35,157 nucleotides of DNA, taken from contig NMRA01000123.1 in assembly GCA_002633005.1 (NCBI GenBank), forward strand, positions 545,785 to 580,941. Direction: 5' to 3'. The DNA comes from Phoronis australis. Taxonomy: Eukaryota > Animalia > Phoronida. The position numbers were made by a program, and so were the translations under genes. The notes under the pieces were generated by a model, which did no database searches, was not told the DNA's origin, and saw only the letters and a list, made by a program, of their open reading frames with translations. Shown here in pieces: positions 24,201 through 32,950 of the stretch. Each line of letters begins with the position of its first letter. Positions within the stretch are counted from its first letter, which is position 1.

Positions 24201-27200
24201 TTTCAGTTCCTTTCTTTTTCTGCTGAGTGAGATCAAAAGTTCCGACAAAATCCTTATGAGCCTTGGTTTGACGAGTACTGTCTAGCAATGGCGGTTTCGT
24301 GTGATCTTGTGCACATATGGATGGTTCGTTATTTGATGGTTTTACTGATTCTGTGGTTTCAGGGCGCACTTTTATCGACTGTTTTGCAGTTTGTTTGTCT
24401 TTAAGAATCTTGACATCACCAGGTTCCGCTGCTTTATTTTGGTTTATTTGAACACCATAGCGTAGTAAAGGCTTAGCTTCATCATCTTTGGTAACCCGGG
24501 ACACTTCTGTAGAAGGCGATACTGCTTTGTTCTCTTTTGGAGTAGTGGCATCATTCGGTTCCATCGACCCATGATCTTCCTTGTGAGCATCTCCGTGTTT
24601 CAATAGCTTACTCTCATCACCTTCAACCCGTTTGAGTTCTTTGTTTACGTCTGGTGACTTCAATGGTTCTTTAGTCTCCCGAGACACTTCTGTAGAAGGT
24701 GTTACAGCTTTGTTCTCTTTTGGACTAGTGGCATCATTAGGTTCCATCGGCCCATGATCTTCCTTCTTGTAAGCATCTCCGTGTTTTAATAGCTTACTCT
24801 CATCACCTTCAACCCGTTTGAGTTCTTTGTTTACGTCTGGTGACTTCAATGGTTCTTTAGTCTCCCGGGACACTTCTGTAGAAGGTGTTACAGCTTTGTT
24901 CTCTCTTGGACTAGTGGCATCATTAGGTTCCATCGACCCATGATCTTCCTTCTTGTGAGCATCTCCGTGTTTTAATAGCTTACTCTCATCACCTTCAACC
25001 CGTTTGAGTTCTTTGTTTACGTCTGGTGACTTCAATGGTTCTTTAGTCTCCCAGGATACTTCTGTAGAATGTGTTACAGCTTTGTTTTCTTTTGGACTAG
25101 TGGCATCATTAGGTTCCATCGACCCATGATATTCCTTCTTGCGAGCATCTTCTTGTTTCAATAGCTTACTCTCATCACCTTCAACCCGTTTGAGTTCATT
25201 GTTTACGTCTGGTGACTCCAATGGTTCTTTAATCCCCTGGGACTTTTCTGTAGATGATGTTACGATTTTGCTCTCTTTTGGAAGGGTGAAATCTGTAGGC
25301 TCTGTTGGCCACTTTTTCTCCTTCCTGTCAACGTCACTGTGTTCTGATAACTTACTCTCCCCATGTTTGACATGTGTGAGTTCTTTGTTTGCATCTGGTG
25401 GTTTTATTGGCGTCTCGGCCTCCGGAGACACTTCTGAAGAGGGGTTAACAATTTTGTTTTCTTTTGGAATCGTGACATCAGCAGGTTCTATTGACCTCTT
25501 ATTCTCATTCGTGTGAACATTGCTCTTTTGCGAGGGCTTACTCCCATCGTCCTTGCCGTATACGTGAGCTTTTATCTCGCTGACGTTTGAATTGTGGTCT
25601 CTTTCTTTCTGTGCTGTATCCGTTGGAGATTCAACCACATTCTTATCTTTGTTTTCTTTAGCCAATTTCATAATATTTTCTGTTGCATCAAACGCTTCTC
25701 TCTTTGGAATCGATCCTCGCGTACCCGCTATTGCTCCCGCCAGGTCTGTTTCAATTCCAGTCCATGCAGGCGTTACTGTACCTCCGCTAGCTTCGATGTC
25801 GCATTTACTTTCCTCATTGGCACCACCACCCTTGTCTCCGTTTGTGAGTTTATCGTCAGTTTTAAAAAAGCTTTTAAGGCCCATGGCAATGCCACTCATC
25901 GTGCGTTGGATCATTCCCGAGTCTGTCTTTTTCATTTGATGCTCTTTGCCTTTACTTTGTCTTCTCGGTGGCTCTCCAGTCAATTTTGCTGCATTCATTT
26001 CAGCAACATCTTCAGAAACGACATTACAGGGAGTTTCGATGTCAGTTTGGCATGTGTTCTTCTCTTTGACGCTCTTTTGAGGTTGCTTACCTTGGACTCT
26101 ATCCGATTCTCTTCTTAAAAAATCAGAAAGCACTCCTGATGGTTCCTTTTTCACGTCCTTGCTAGTAGTATCTTCAATTGATTTTCCGTGCACAGGTATG
26201 GCTCCTAAGCCCTTTTGTTCATGACTAACAGTGGAATGATTTAGTAGCCCTGCCATTTTTTGCTCATCACTCATGGGTAGTTCATCCATTAGCGAAGACA
26301 TTTCTCCCTTTATTAAAGAGTTTACCGTATCGTCAGTCAGCTTGCCAGCACCGGCGGTTAAAGTTTTGATCTTTGCATGATCGGTCGCCACAGAATGCGA
26401 TTTTTCCTGAGCTTTTAGATTAGGCTGTTCTCCAGTCTCTATCTGCGCTTTGGCGTCATTTGCTATATCTGTTTTGACCGATTCCTTTGCCACCTGTGGT
26501 TTTACCAAACCCTTGTCTAAGTGTTCTTTTTGTATATGAGCTGTGGTCACATCCGTTTTTCTGATGTTTTTACATGCAGTCCCTTCAGAAGTTCTACTTG
26601 TTTCATCAACTTCCTCCACGTGTAATTGTTCTGTTGCCAACGTGTCTTGCGCCTCATTTAAATGTCCATGAATCGTGGCTCTTTCCTCGGTATTTCTCTT
26701 ACCGTCAGCTGCATTGAAGGTTTTCTTTGTTACTTCTCGACCATCTAATTGATCGACCACAACATCGTTTTCATTAATCTGCCCAGCGTTTGCTGGTTGT
26801 TCAGATTCCTTTGGCTTAAGTATAGCATGCATATCTTTGTCACCTGGCTCAGTGACAGATTTTAGTGCCGTGATTTTTGAATCGCGCTCAACAGAATTCT
26901 GAAGAATCTTTGTTTGGTCAATTTGTTTTTCCGCAATATCAACCTTCTTGCTCAATTCTGTCGCCCGTGTTTCTTCTCCTTGCGTTGACGAGAGTGCAGG
27001 CCTACTTGCATCTTTGTCGTCACTTCCATTCTTGCCATGTTCACTTCCTCTATTATCGTTAAGTGTGCTTTGCAGGTGCTCTTCTAACTCCTTAGGAACG
27101 GAGACAGCGTGGTCAGCTGCACGTGCAACACTTCCACTGTTATCTCCTGGATCATGTTTCTTGGAAAACGAGGCGTCGTGTTCCCCTGTAACATGACCCG

Positions 27201-30018
27201 TCTTTCCGCTTTTTTCATCACCATGAGCGTCTTTAGCATTACCGTTTCTAATCGTGTTTCGATCAAGTTTTGCGGCTTCGGTTGGGGCCATTATTTTAAT
27301 ATCTTCGTTTGCGTTTGATAGGTCGGTAGCTAAATTTCCCGGAGTTGTTGGCGAGGTCAGGACACCGTCTTCTTTATGTGCACTTAACATCCTGTCCTCA
27401 AGTGAGCCTACATTCTCAGTTCCGCTAGCATCTGCAGCAACAGCAGAGGCGGCCAAAAAATGTTCACCTCCCCTTTCATCAGTACCAGGACCCCGTGATT
27501 CCTCGGAAGATAGCTTAGCTCGAATTTTACCAAATAAGATTTTGGGAAATCCAGGTATATCTTCTTTCTCTTCCGCTGGCCAAATCTGGTCCTTGCCCGT
27601 TATTGCACCATTTTCTGTAGACGGAATTGGTGGCATTTGTTTTCCTATAAAGGATTTTACGATAATATCTTCACTCGTTCCGGATACTGATTGTTTTTCA
27701 CCAGTAGGCGGAAAATTTGTTTGGTCGTTCCCCTTTTCCTCGAAAATTCCGTTCGACTTAACGCCAGGATGTTCACACGCCTCATTAACTTTAATGGCTC
27801 GTTCGTCTAACTTTTTCTGTTCTTTGCTGCCATTTTGATTATTTGCACTGCCATCAGGAGTTCCTGCTAGACGAATTGTAGTGCTCACTTCCTCAGTTTT
27901 TGAGGAAACCGGTTTTAGTTTTGTAGCACCAGCGTCTTCCTTCGACATTTTACCCATTATACTTTTTTGAGAATTTTGCGCTATCTCGTTCGCGTATGCT
28001 ATTGTTCTACCAGCTTCAAGAACACAAGACTTCTTGGATACCGGCAAATTAGCGGCAGCCTTGTTGATTTCGTCACTAACTACCTGACGTAAGGGTCCGC
28101 TCGGTGAATCACCCGGTTGCACTTTCGGTTTGCTTTTGTCTTTCTCATCTGTTTGCGATTCTTCTAACCCATCCTTCGGCGACAGTTGACCCGACTGTTC
28201 TTTAGATGTGTCTTTCTCGTCCTTCTGAGTGTGTAAATTTACAAACCCTTCATTTTGTAACCGCCTGCTTGCATCCTTTGTGGTGCCTGTTGTGACAGCG
28301 TTTGTAAAATGTCGCACTGGTGGTTGCACAACGCCTTTGTGGAGGCTTAATTCAGCATCTTCCTTCGGAGATCTCTCGAACGTAGGAGTTTGTTTTTCGT
28401 GGCACATTTGGATTTCGTGTAATTGTTGTTCTCGGCTCTCTTGGTGTCTATTGTCAATGTGGTCATCAACTTCTTTGAAAACAAGGGTTAATCGTCGGTC
28501 AGACTCGGGGATACTATGCTGAGCACCTCCCGCACAGACAACATCAGTGCACATGTTCCCGGTTTTTATGCTATCTGAATCCAAAGGCTTCTGGAAACGT
28601 TCGTTTTTTTCGATTATTTGCGCCCGCGACAAAGGCTGGCTTCCAGGTTGACTGGTAACCGTTTTACCTTTGTCGTCTGCGCCAAATCCAGTTTGAGTTC
28701 GAGATTTCATTTCTTGTGCTAGTGTGTCAATTCCTTCTTTACCTTCTGAAGCTACCCTATTTTCACCTTTTTGCTTAGCCTCTCCATGCCGTGCTTGTTT
28801 GTCTTGAATTTGACCGCGATTTGCCTCTTTTAAGTTTACAGGAACATGTCCTCCAACGGTGGCTGGTTTCGATTCTGATCCTGAATCTGCAGCTTGTTTC
28901 TGAGAACATATTTTCTTCTCTTTTTCGGGAGATCTATCTCCTGTTTTACCATTTGAAACCAACCTGTTATCGATTTTATCCTTAGCTTCTCCGTGACCTC
29001 GTTTATCTTCTGCTAGACCAGTATTTTGGTGTAGAACACTGGTTTTTGAAAGTGCGTCTTTATTCAGTCTAGTTTTTGACACTTTGCCTTGTGCTTGCTT
29101 GTCTGTAGCTTGGTTGTAATGCGGTTGCTGACCCTTTACTAAGTCCCCGCTAGTTTTAGTAACGTCTGTCCCTGGTGCTTCTCGCGAAAACTTGTCAACT
29201 AATTCATCATCTTTTCCAGCCAATCCCTTGCGACCACTAAGGGCTTTTTTTAACCCATGAACAAGGCCAGACATAGAATCCACAATGCTTCGTTTTCTTG
29301 GCATTTGCCCGTCATCCAAAAGATCCTCGTGATCGAAATGTGGCGGCCGTTTTGACGAAATAGCTTTGGTTTTATCAGCTTTATGTACATGATCCAAGTT
29401 GTCAATGTGATCTGTTTTCTTTTTGCTACCGTCCCGTTTTCCTTTTCTTTTCTTTGTCTTTTCTGTACGTGAGGTCACTGATTCCATCCTCGAAGTATCA
29501 GAAATTTCTGATTGCGTTGTTATGCTTTCACCATCTTTATTCGTTTTCTTGTGTGCCATAGCTTTCCGAAGTTTCGGTCTCGGCGTTGGCGAAACTCGCT
29601 CTTGCATTTCACATGGCGATGAACTGCGTCGACCCGACTCACTAGCGGCCTCGACTTTAGTCCGGGTATCTATCACATCATCCAGAAAACTCAGGGTTAC
29701 ATCAATCCTGACTTGCTTTGATTCCGTGCCGTGGATCACTCCACTGAGAGTGGCTTGGCTTATGTTTGACTGCATGCCCGATCTGGCTAGAAATTCGCCT
29801 AAGTTGACCGACTTTAGCGAATGAACTGGTGCTGTTTTGTCCAACGCAATGGGTTCAGACGGCGACTGCTTGCTCGTGACCTTTAAAGACTTGCGTCCAG
29901 TTAAAACCACGCTGGAGCGGCCCTTTTGATCAGTGACAGATGGTTTGCTGACTAATCCTCCGTGATCAATTTCATCCAACATCTCGGCAAGATCTTTTGG
30001 CAAAGATGATCCAGACAT
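12196..30018 (-). CDS. GALM-like: Spliced gene, 9 coding exons (30018-23218, 22618-22554, 21774-21644, 19485-19301, 18685-18476, 17854-17767, 15641-15512, 13678-13507, 12273-12196; 7860 nt, ~2619 aa): giant type II membrane protein with a C-terminal aldose 1-epimerase (galactose mutarotase)-like domain, predicted catalytically inactive
   Basis: All 8 introns are GT-AG with matching phases (0,2,1,0,0,1,2,0). Exons 2-9 join into a 352-aa sequence colinear with GALM from the N-terminal FG-x-L-x-DG motif to the C-terminal FP..VLRP...Y.H...YKF motif, ending in TAG. Exon 1 ends in a hydrophobic helix followed by AAG|GTAAGG. The exon 1 to exon 2 join is inferred, not transcript-proven. Confidence 0.85.
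13507..13678 (-). CDS. GALM-like: Exon 8: AWDKSSGRFLEVFTDQPGLGFNAGQNLNTIGKYSQSYKKYSGFYMRPQGYPDGYSYY
   Basis: Acceptor tttccag|, donor TAC|GTACGT, 172 nt. Aligns to SGRVLEVYTTQPGVQFY...GK.G..Y.KHSGFCLETQNWPD. Not in the ORF track. Confidence 0.92.
13974..14223. mobile_element. Foldback/MITE with ~90-bp inverted arms (13974-14064 / 14132-14223), in intron 7
   Basis: TATAAAATAGTAAAACTAG...ATCGAGCGATGCGCTCTTTC is mirrored by GAAAGAGCGCATCGCTCGAT...CTAGTTTTACTATTTTATA. Confidence 0.8.
14551..14770. mobile_element. Non-autonomous Harbinger MITE related to the element ending at 944
   Basis: Ends GGGCCTGTTCCAACAAA and TTTCTTGGAACAAGTCC. The left end resembles the reverse complement of 900-944 (CTTAGCTA.ACAAATCTT). 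Internal CTTAAG repeats; flanks TTG/CTG. Confidence 0.7.
14815..14964. mobile_element. ~150-bp Tourist/Harbinger-type MITE, copy 3 (in intron 7)
   Basis: Same family; flanks CTG/ATG; 44 bp from another Harbinger MITE. Confidence 0.85.
15512..15641 (-). CDS. GALM-like: Exon 7: (G)KLVKIAKSFFEPRFLDQGAEVESFGVDEVYSILGSPGMKRAA(S)
   Basis: Acceptor ttgtattag|, donor TC|GTAAGT, 130 nt. GVDEVY aligns to GFDHNF. Not in the ORF track. Confidence 0.82.
17767..17854 (-). CDS. GALM-like: Exon 6: NMTRKITDSHVFHVNAVVKVERGSMHLTT(G)
   Basis: Acceptor gcttttag|, donor ACAG|GTATGG, 88 nt; phases 0 to 1 fit its neighbours. Aligns to I.DH.V.I.A.......LIPTG. Not in the ORF track. Confidence 0.8.
18476..18685 (-). 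CDS. GALM-like: Exon 5: KNWKSIVVGNSVVMSLRSEHKDMGYPGKLNVNATFELTDENELAITYTATTTTATPVNLCTNLLFNLGGV
   Basis: Acceptor cttttttcag|, donor GTG|GTAAGT, 210 nt. Contains the GYPG and TPVNL..FNL mutarotase motifs. Confidence 0.95.
19301..19485 (-). CDS. GALM-like: Exon 4: YRNKNRVINPYMGATIGRTCGSTRLG...DGDNSKNGGSSGFDQ
   Basis: Acceptor ccaacag|, donor CAG|GTACAA, 185 nt. Aligns to PYFGAVIGRVANRI...NSLHGGVRGFDK. Confidence 0.92.
21644..21774 (-). CDS. GALM-like: Exon 3: YTLRNSNAVRAQVITFGAAVTALYLPDTKGVFEDVLLGFSSSQ(G)
   Basis: Acceptor gtctccag|, donor G|GTACAT, 131 nt. Aligns to the mutarotase YTL.N...V.I..GA.IT.L..PD..G...DVVLGF motif. Confidence 0.92.
22554..22618 (-). CDS. GALM-like: Exon 2: GVIPRIVVDDFGNLNDGSKVL(R), GALM-like N-terminus
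   Basis: Acceptor tgtttttcag|, donor AG|GTAAAT, 65 nt. Matches the mutarotase N-terminal FG-x-L-x-DG-x-x-V motif. Not in the ORF track. Confidence 0.85.
22671..23002. repeat. Intronic minisatellite, ~22-bp unit (GCACTGTACATGTAAGCAATGT), about 14-15 copies
   Basis: Directly visible tandem repeat in intron 1, ending about 50 nt before the exon 2 acceptor. Confidence 0.95.
23218..30018 (-). CDS. Exon 1 (6801 nt, 2267 codons): K/E/S/D/T/G-rich low-complexity region, 62-aa tandem repeats, Pro-rich segment, C-terminal TM helix
   Basis: Uninterrupted 6.8-kb ORF. The ORF track starts at a TTG (30045); the first ATG is 30018 in AAAATG context, with an in-frame TGA at 30058-30060 upstream. Donor AAG|GTAAGG at 23218/23217, phase 0. 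Confidence 0.9.
23236..23328 (-). other. Signal-anchor/transmembrane helix RRKK-CLIAFYIMCLLLLIAIVFILLAVTGVF
   Basis: 27 uncharged, mostly hydrophobic residues directly after an RRKK cluster. No N-terminal signal peptide, so type II (N-in) topology is likely, although KK also follows the helix. Confidence 0.85.
24490..25490 (-). repeat. Coding tandem array, 186-bp (62-aa) unit EPNDATSPKENKAVTPSTEVSRETKEPLKSPDVNKELKRVEGDESKLLKHGDAHKKEDHGSM, 5 full units plus a partial one, with degenerate copies on either side
   Basis: Equivalent positions at 25484, 25298, 25112, 24926, 24740 and 24557 (spacing 186,186,186,186,183). The frame is always preserved. Confidence 0.95.
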
Positions 30019-30905
30019 TTTGAATTTATCAAATATCACTTTCAATTCATCATGAATTCATCGGCATTTTCAAGCTGCGAACTTTTGTTGTCACGAGATC
30101 GTTCATGCGTGTTATGAATCGCATGTGTGATAATTGATAGCTTTCGCAAATAAATAAAAAGGTCCATTTGCCAATAACTCAAGTATAAATTACAAATTCC
30201 TAGCGGCAAGACAACTTCGGTTGGCGTCCGTTTCATGAACAACTCTGTCGATAGCCACGAATGTACCTGAAGACCATGAGGTTACATGCAGTCATATTAC
30301 GAGTTGATGAACTAACATTTTAAAGTGCTCAGAACCACCATCTCCTTTTCAGACATGATTGCATTGTCAACGCCATTAAACCTTCCTTAATAGCACTGTA
30401 TATCACTATCGTGATTTCAACATCTCAAAAAAAACAGAAAAGAAAAGCAAAGGAACTTCAGTTGAAAGTTTCCCAGCTCCACGGACATGAGTACCCAGCG
30501 CCAGTGTGTCATGTCCACCAACACATTACTTTCTTGTACAAACACCCGCTCTTATCCAAGGTGCCGCGGAAAAGTTAAAGTAGGCGAAGCGTACGCAAGA
30601 GCTAAGTTGTCATAACCACCACAAGCGCAACGCCTGGCCCTCTATTTATCTTAAGTACCATAAACCACGGGGAAACGAGGGACAATATCTGACGAGTTTT
30701 CACACTAAACACCGCGACTGGTTGTATCGACCAATAAATGCTCGCAGCTCGAAATCAGCAAATTAACGCCTCGTCAGATAATGCTTGCCAATATTCATAC
30801 TGCAGTAAATGGCTGGAAACTCACAGATGTGTGTAAGCGATTGCGGAATCATGGTCTATGGAGCAGTGAGGAGGAAAGTGCCGCTTTCTAGACCTTTCCA
30901 TAATC

Positions 30906-31065
30906 CAGTGGCGGACATAGAGTGGGCCAAAGGGACCATATGCCCCCTCTAAAATTTTCCTAGGCTCCATTTGGCAGTTCGGGGGTGCCAAATGTCTGAT
31001 AGGAAAAAAGCCTGGCTAATACTATGCCCTGGCCCCCCTCATTCAAAATCCTGGATCCGTCCCTG
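30906..31065. mobile_element. 160-bp MITE with 5-bp TSD (hAT5-like)
   Basis: Ends CAGTGGCGGAC and GGATCCGTCCCTG; TAATC duplicated at 30901-30905 and 31066-31070. Confidence 0.75.
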
Positions 31066-31260
31066 TAATCTGCGGGACACTAGAAACACTGACATGGCTT
31101 CGACCGGAATACACCGTTCTCTAAGGAAACGGGTTTTCGATTCAGCATTTTAAGATATTTACTCTTCTCGCTGGTTCATGAAACTTACAGTTGATAAGAA
31201 ATATGTGATTCTTCACACCTATATCCACTCCCCTTGCTGATTTCTCGTCGTGAACCTTAA

Positions 31261-32950
31261 AGGAGCATGCCACCCAAAAAACAACCTAATTTGTATCAAT
31301 TTAGATCGAGTAGTTCTACTCCATAACGACACGTACGGTTGCGTTACCTGACACCTGACGGCAGACGGAGGTGTTGAAATTATCCAATGACGTCATCGGT
31401 TTCACACGCAGTCTGTTCAGCAGTTCACAACACTGGTTACTGGTGTCAGCTTATCGCTTGAAGTCATCGTTTAACACCAATAAATCATCAGACTTCGATG
31501 TAAAACCCTTAAAAATACACCGAGTTCTTATAAAAACGTGCTGTTTTATTTCGCTCTTACGGATTTATTGGTATTTGGACACACCGTAGCCTACAAAGTT
31601 CGGCAGGCCAATAAGGTCCGTAGCAGGAGTTTGGGGTCTGTTTGAAGATAATGTCGAAGTATTTTCCGTGAGATACAAATAGGAGAACCTAGATCTGTGT
31701 TGTTTAGACTTGTGATATTTTGAGTTCTAAACACAAAACGCTTGTTGTCCTGGCCAGTGGCTCGGAGACCGATCAGGCCCGTTGCGGCCGGCCGGATTGA
31801 CTGGTTATCGACGGCCAGTGGCTCGGAAACTGATCAGACATCACGAACATAAACCAGCCAAAGTTCAGTGGAAACTAAACTTCCAGTCAAGAAAATACTA
31901 TACTAGTGAGCCAAAGTAATGTGCACGTGATTATGTTGGTGAATTAGCCACGAAACTGCAAATCTACTTACTCGTCGGGGGCCGCGAATTCAGGTTCCGC
32001 TTTGGCCACAGTACCGTCAGGGCAGAAGTTGTACATTGACAATCGTTATTTGAATAATATAAATGTAAATAAAGATTCCCCTAACACCTGACCGTGGGAT
32101 GGAAATCGAGTTGTTTCGCAACAGTTTTTGCCAGCAAACACTAAAATAGCATGAGCTCACACGGCCTCGGTGTCTCGTCAATTAGTTTTATTGCACCTAA
32201 AGCCGGTAACGCAGTGATTTATTCATTCTGCGGCTGGCTTCCCAAATCATTTGCTCTCTCGAACACTCCAAAGGCATTACAAATTGCATCTAATGAGGCA
32301 CAATTTGTTACAGTTTTATATAAGTATTGGTTAGGATGAAAATAAATCATTTTGAAACAGAACGCTCAGTAATAAACGCCAACATGGCACTGGCCAACTC
32401 CGTCGCAATCCCGACTTGCTAGGACGAGATAGAGCTCATCAGACCCGACTTCGCAGGTGGATCGTTAAGTTTTACAGGCTATCAATTCGAACAGGAATAC
32501 AGTGATGAAGAAATACTAGAGAGGCGCCGTGAACAAGTTCAGACAACGGAACGTATGGAGTTCACAAGCCGGCATTCGTGAGGCACTATCGACGTCTGCA
32601 GGCCACAGACACGGAGATGTTTCACGGCCTCATACTTGCTATTTACAGCGTAGAGATCATCCTTCACTACCATGAGCCACTTCCTAAGCATTGCGGACTC
32701 TCGAGGTAGTAAAAAACGATATACCCGCTTTCCTCGCAGCTGCTTAGTTTGAACAAGCGGGAACGATGCACCGCAATATAGCGGCATTCACTCTGCATAT
32801 GAACAATTGACGTCGCTAGCGTCGTTTCTCACCTTGCTCACAGGTTAACGCGACATCTCTTGGCAAGGTAAGGTCGACCGTATGCTAGGCGATGTGGATA
32901 TAGACCGATTAAGACGGCAAAAAACTAATTAAATCGGGTGGCATTCTCCT
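31261..32950. mobile_element. Non-autonomous Kolobok-like DNA transposon (1690 bp)
   Basis: TTAA on both sides (31257-31260, 32951-32954); 15-bp TIR AGGAGCATGCCACCC / GGGTGGCATTCTCCT (14/15 match); AGG termini; internal THAP-like remnant. Confidence 0.85.
32595..32787 (-). pseudogene. Degenerate THAP-type zinc-finger ORF inside the Kolobok-like element
   Basis: MPLYCGA...RVYRFLLPRESAMLRKWL...HLRVCGL matches the THAP pattern C..A..C / F.P...R.W / VC..H, but the second Cys and the final His are missing. Confidence 0.6.

Noticed and set aside
23309-29824. Plus-strand Ser/Phe/Leu-rich ORFs (up to 194 aa)
   Set aside because: Antisense shadows of the K/E-rich giant exon.
30019-30045. ORF-track start at 30045
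   Set aside because: It is a TTG codon; the first ATG is 30018. An upstream UTR exon is possible but unsupported.
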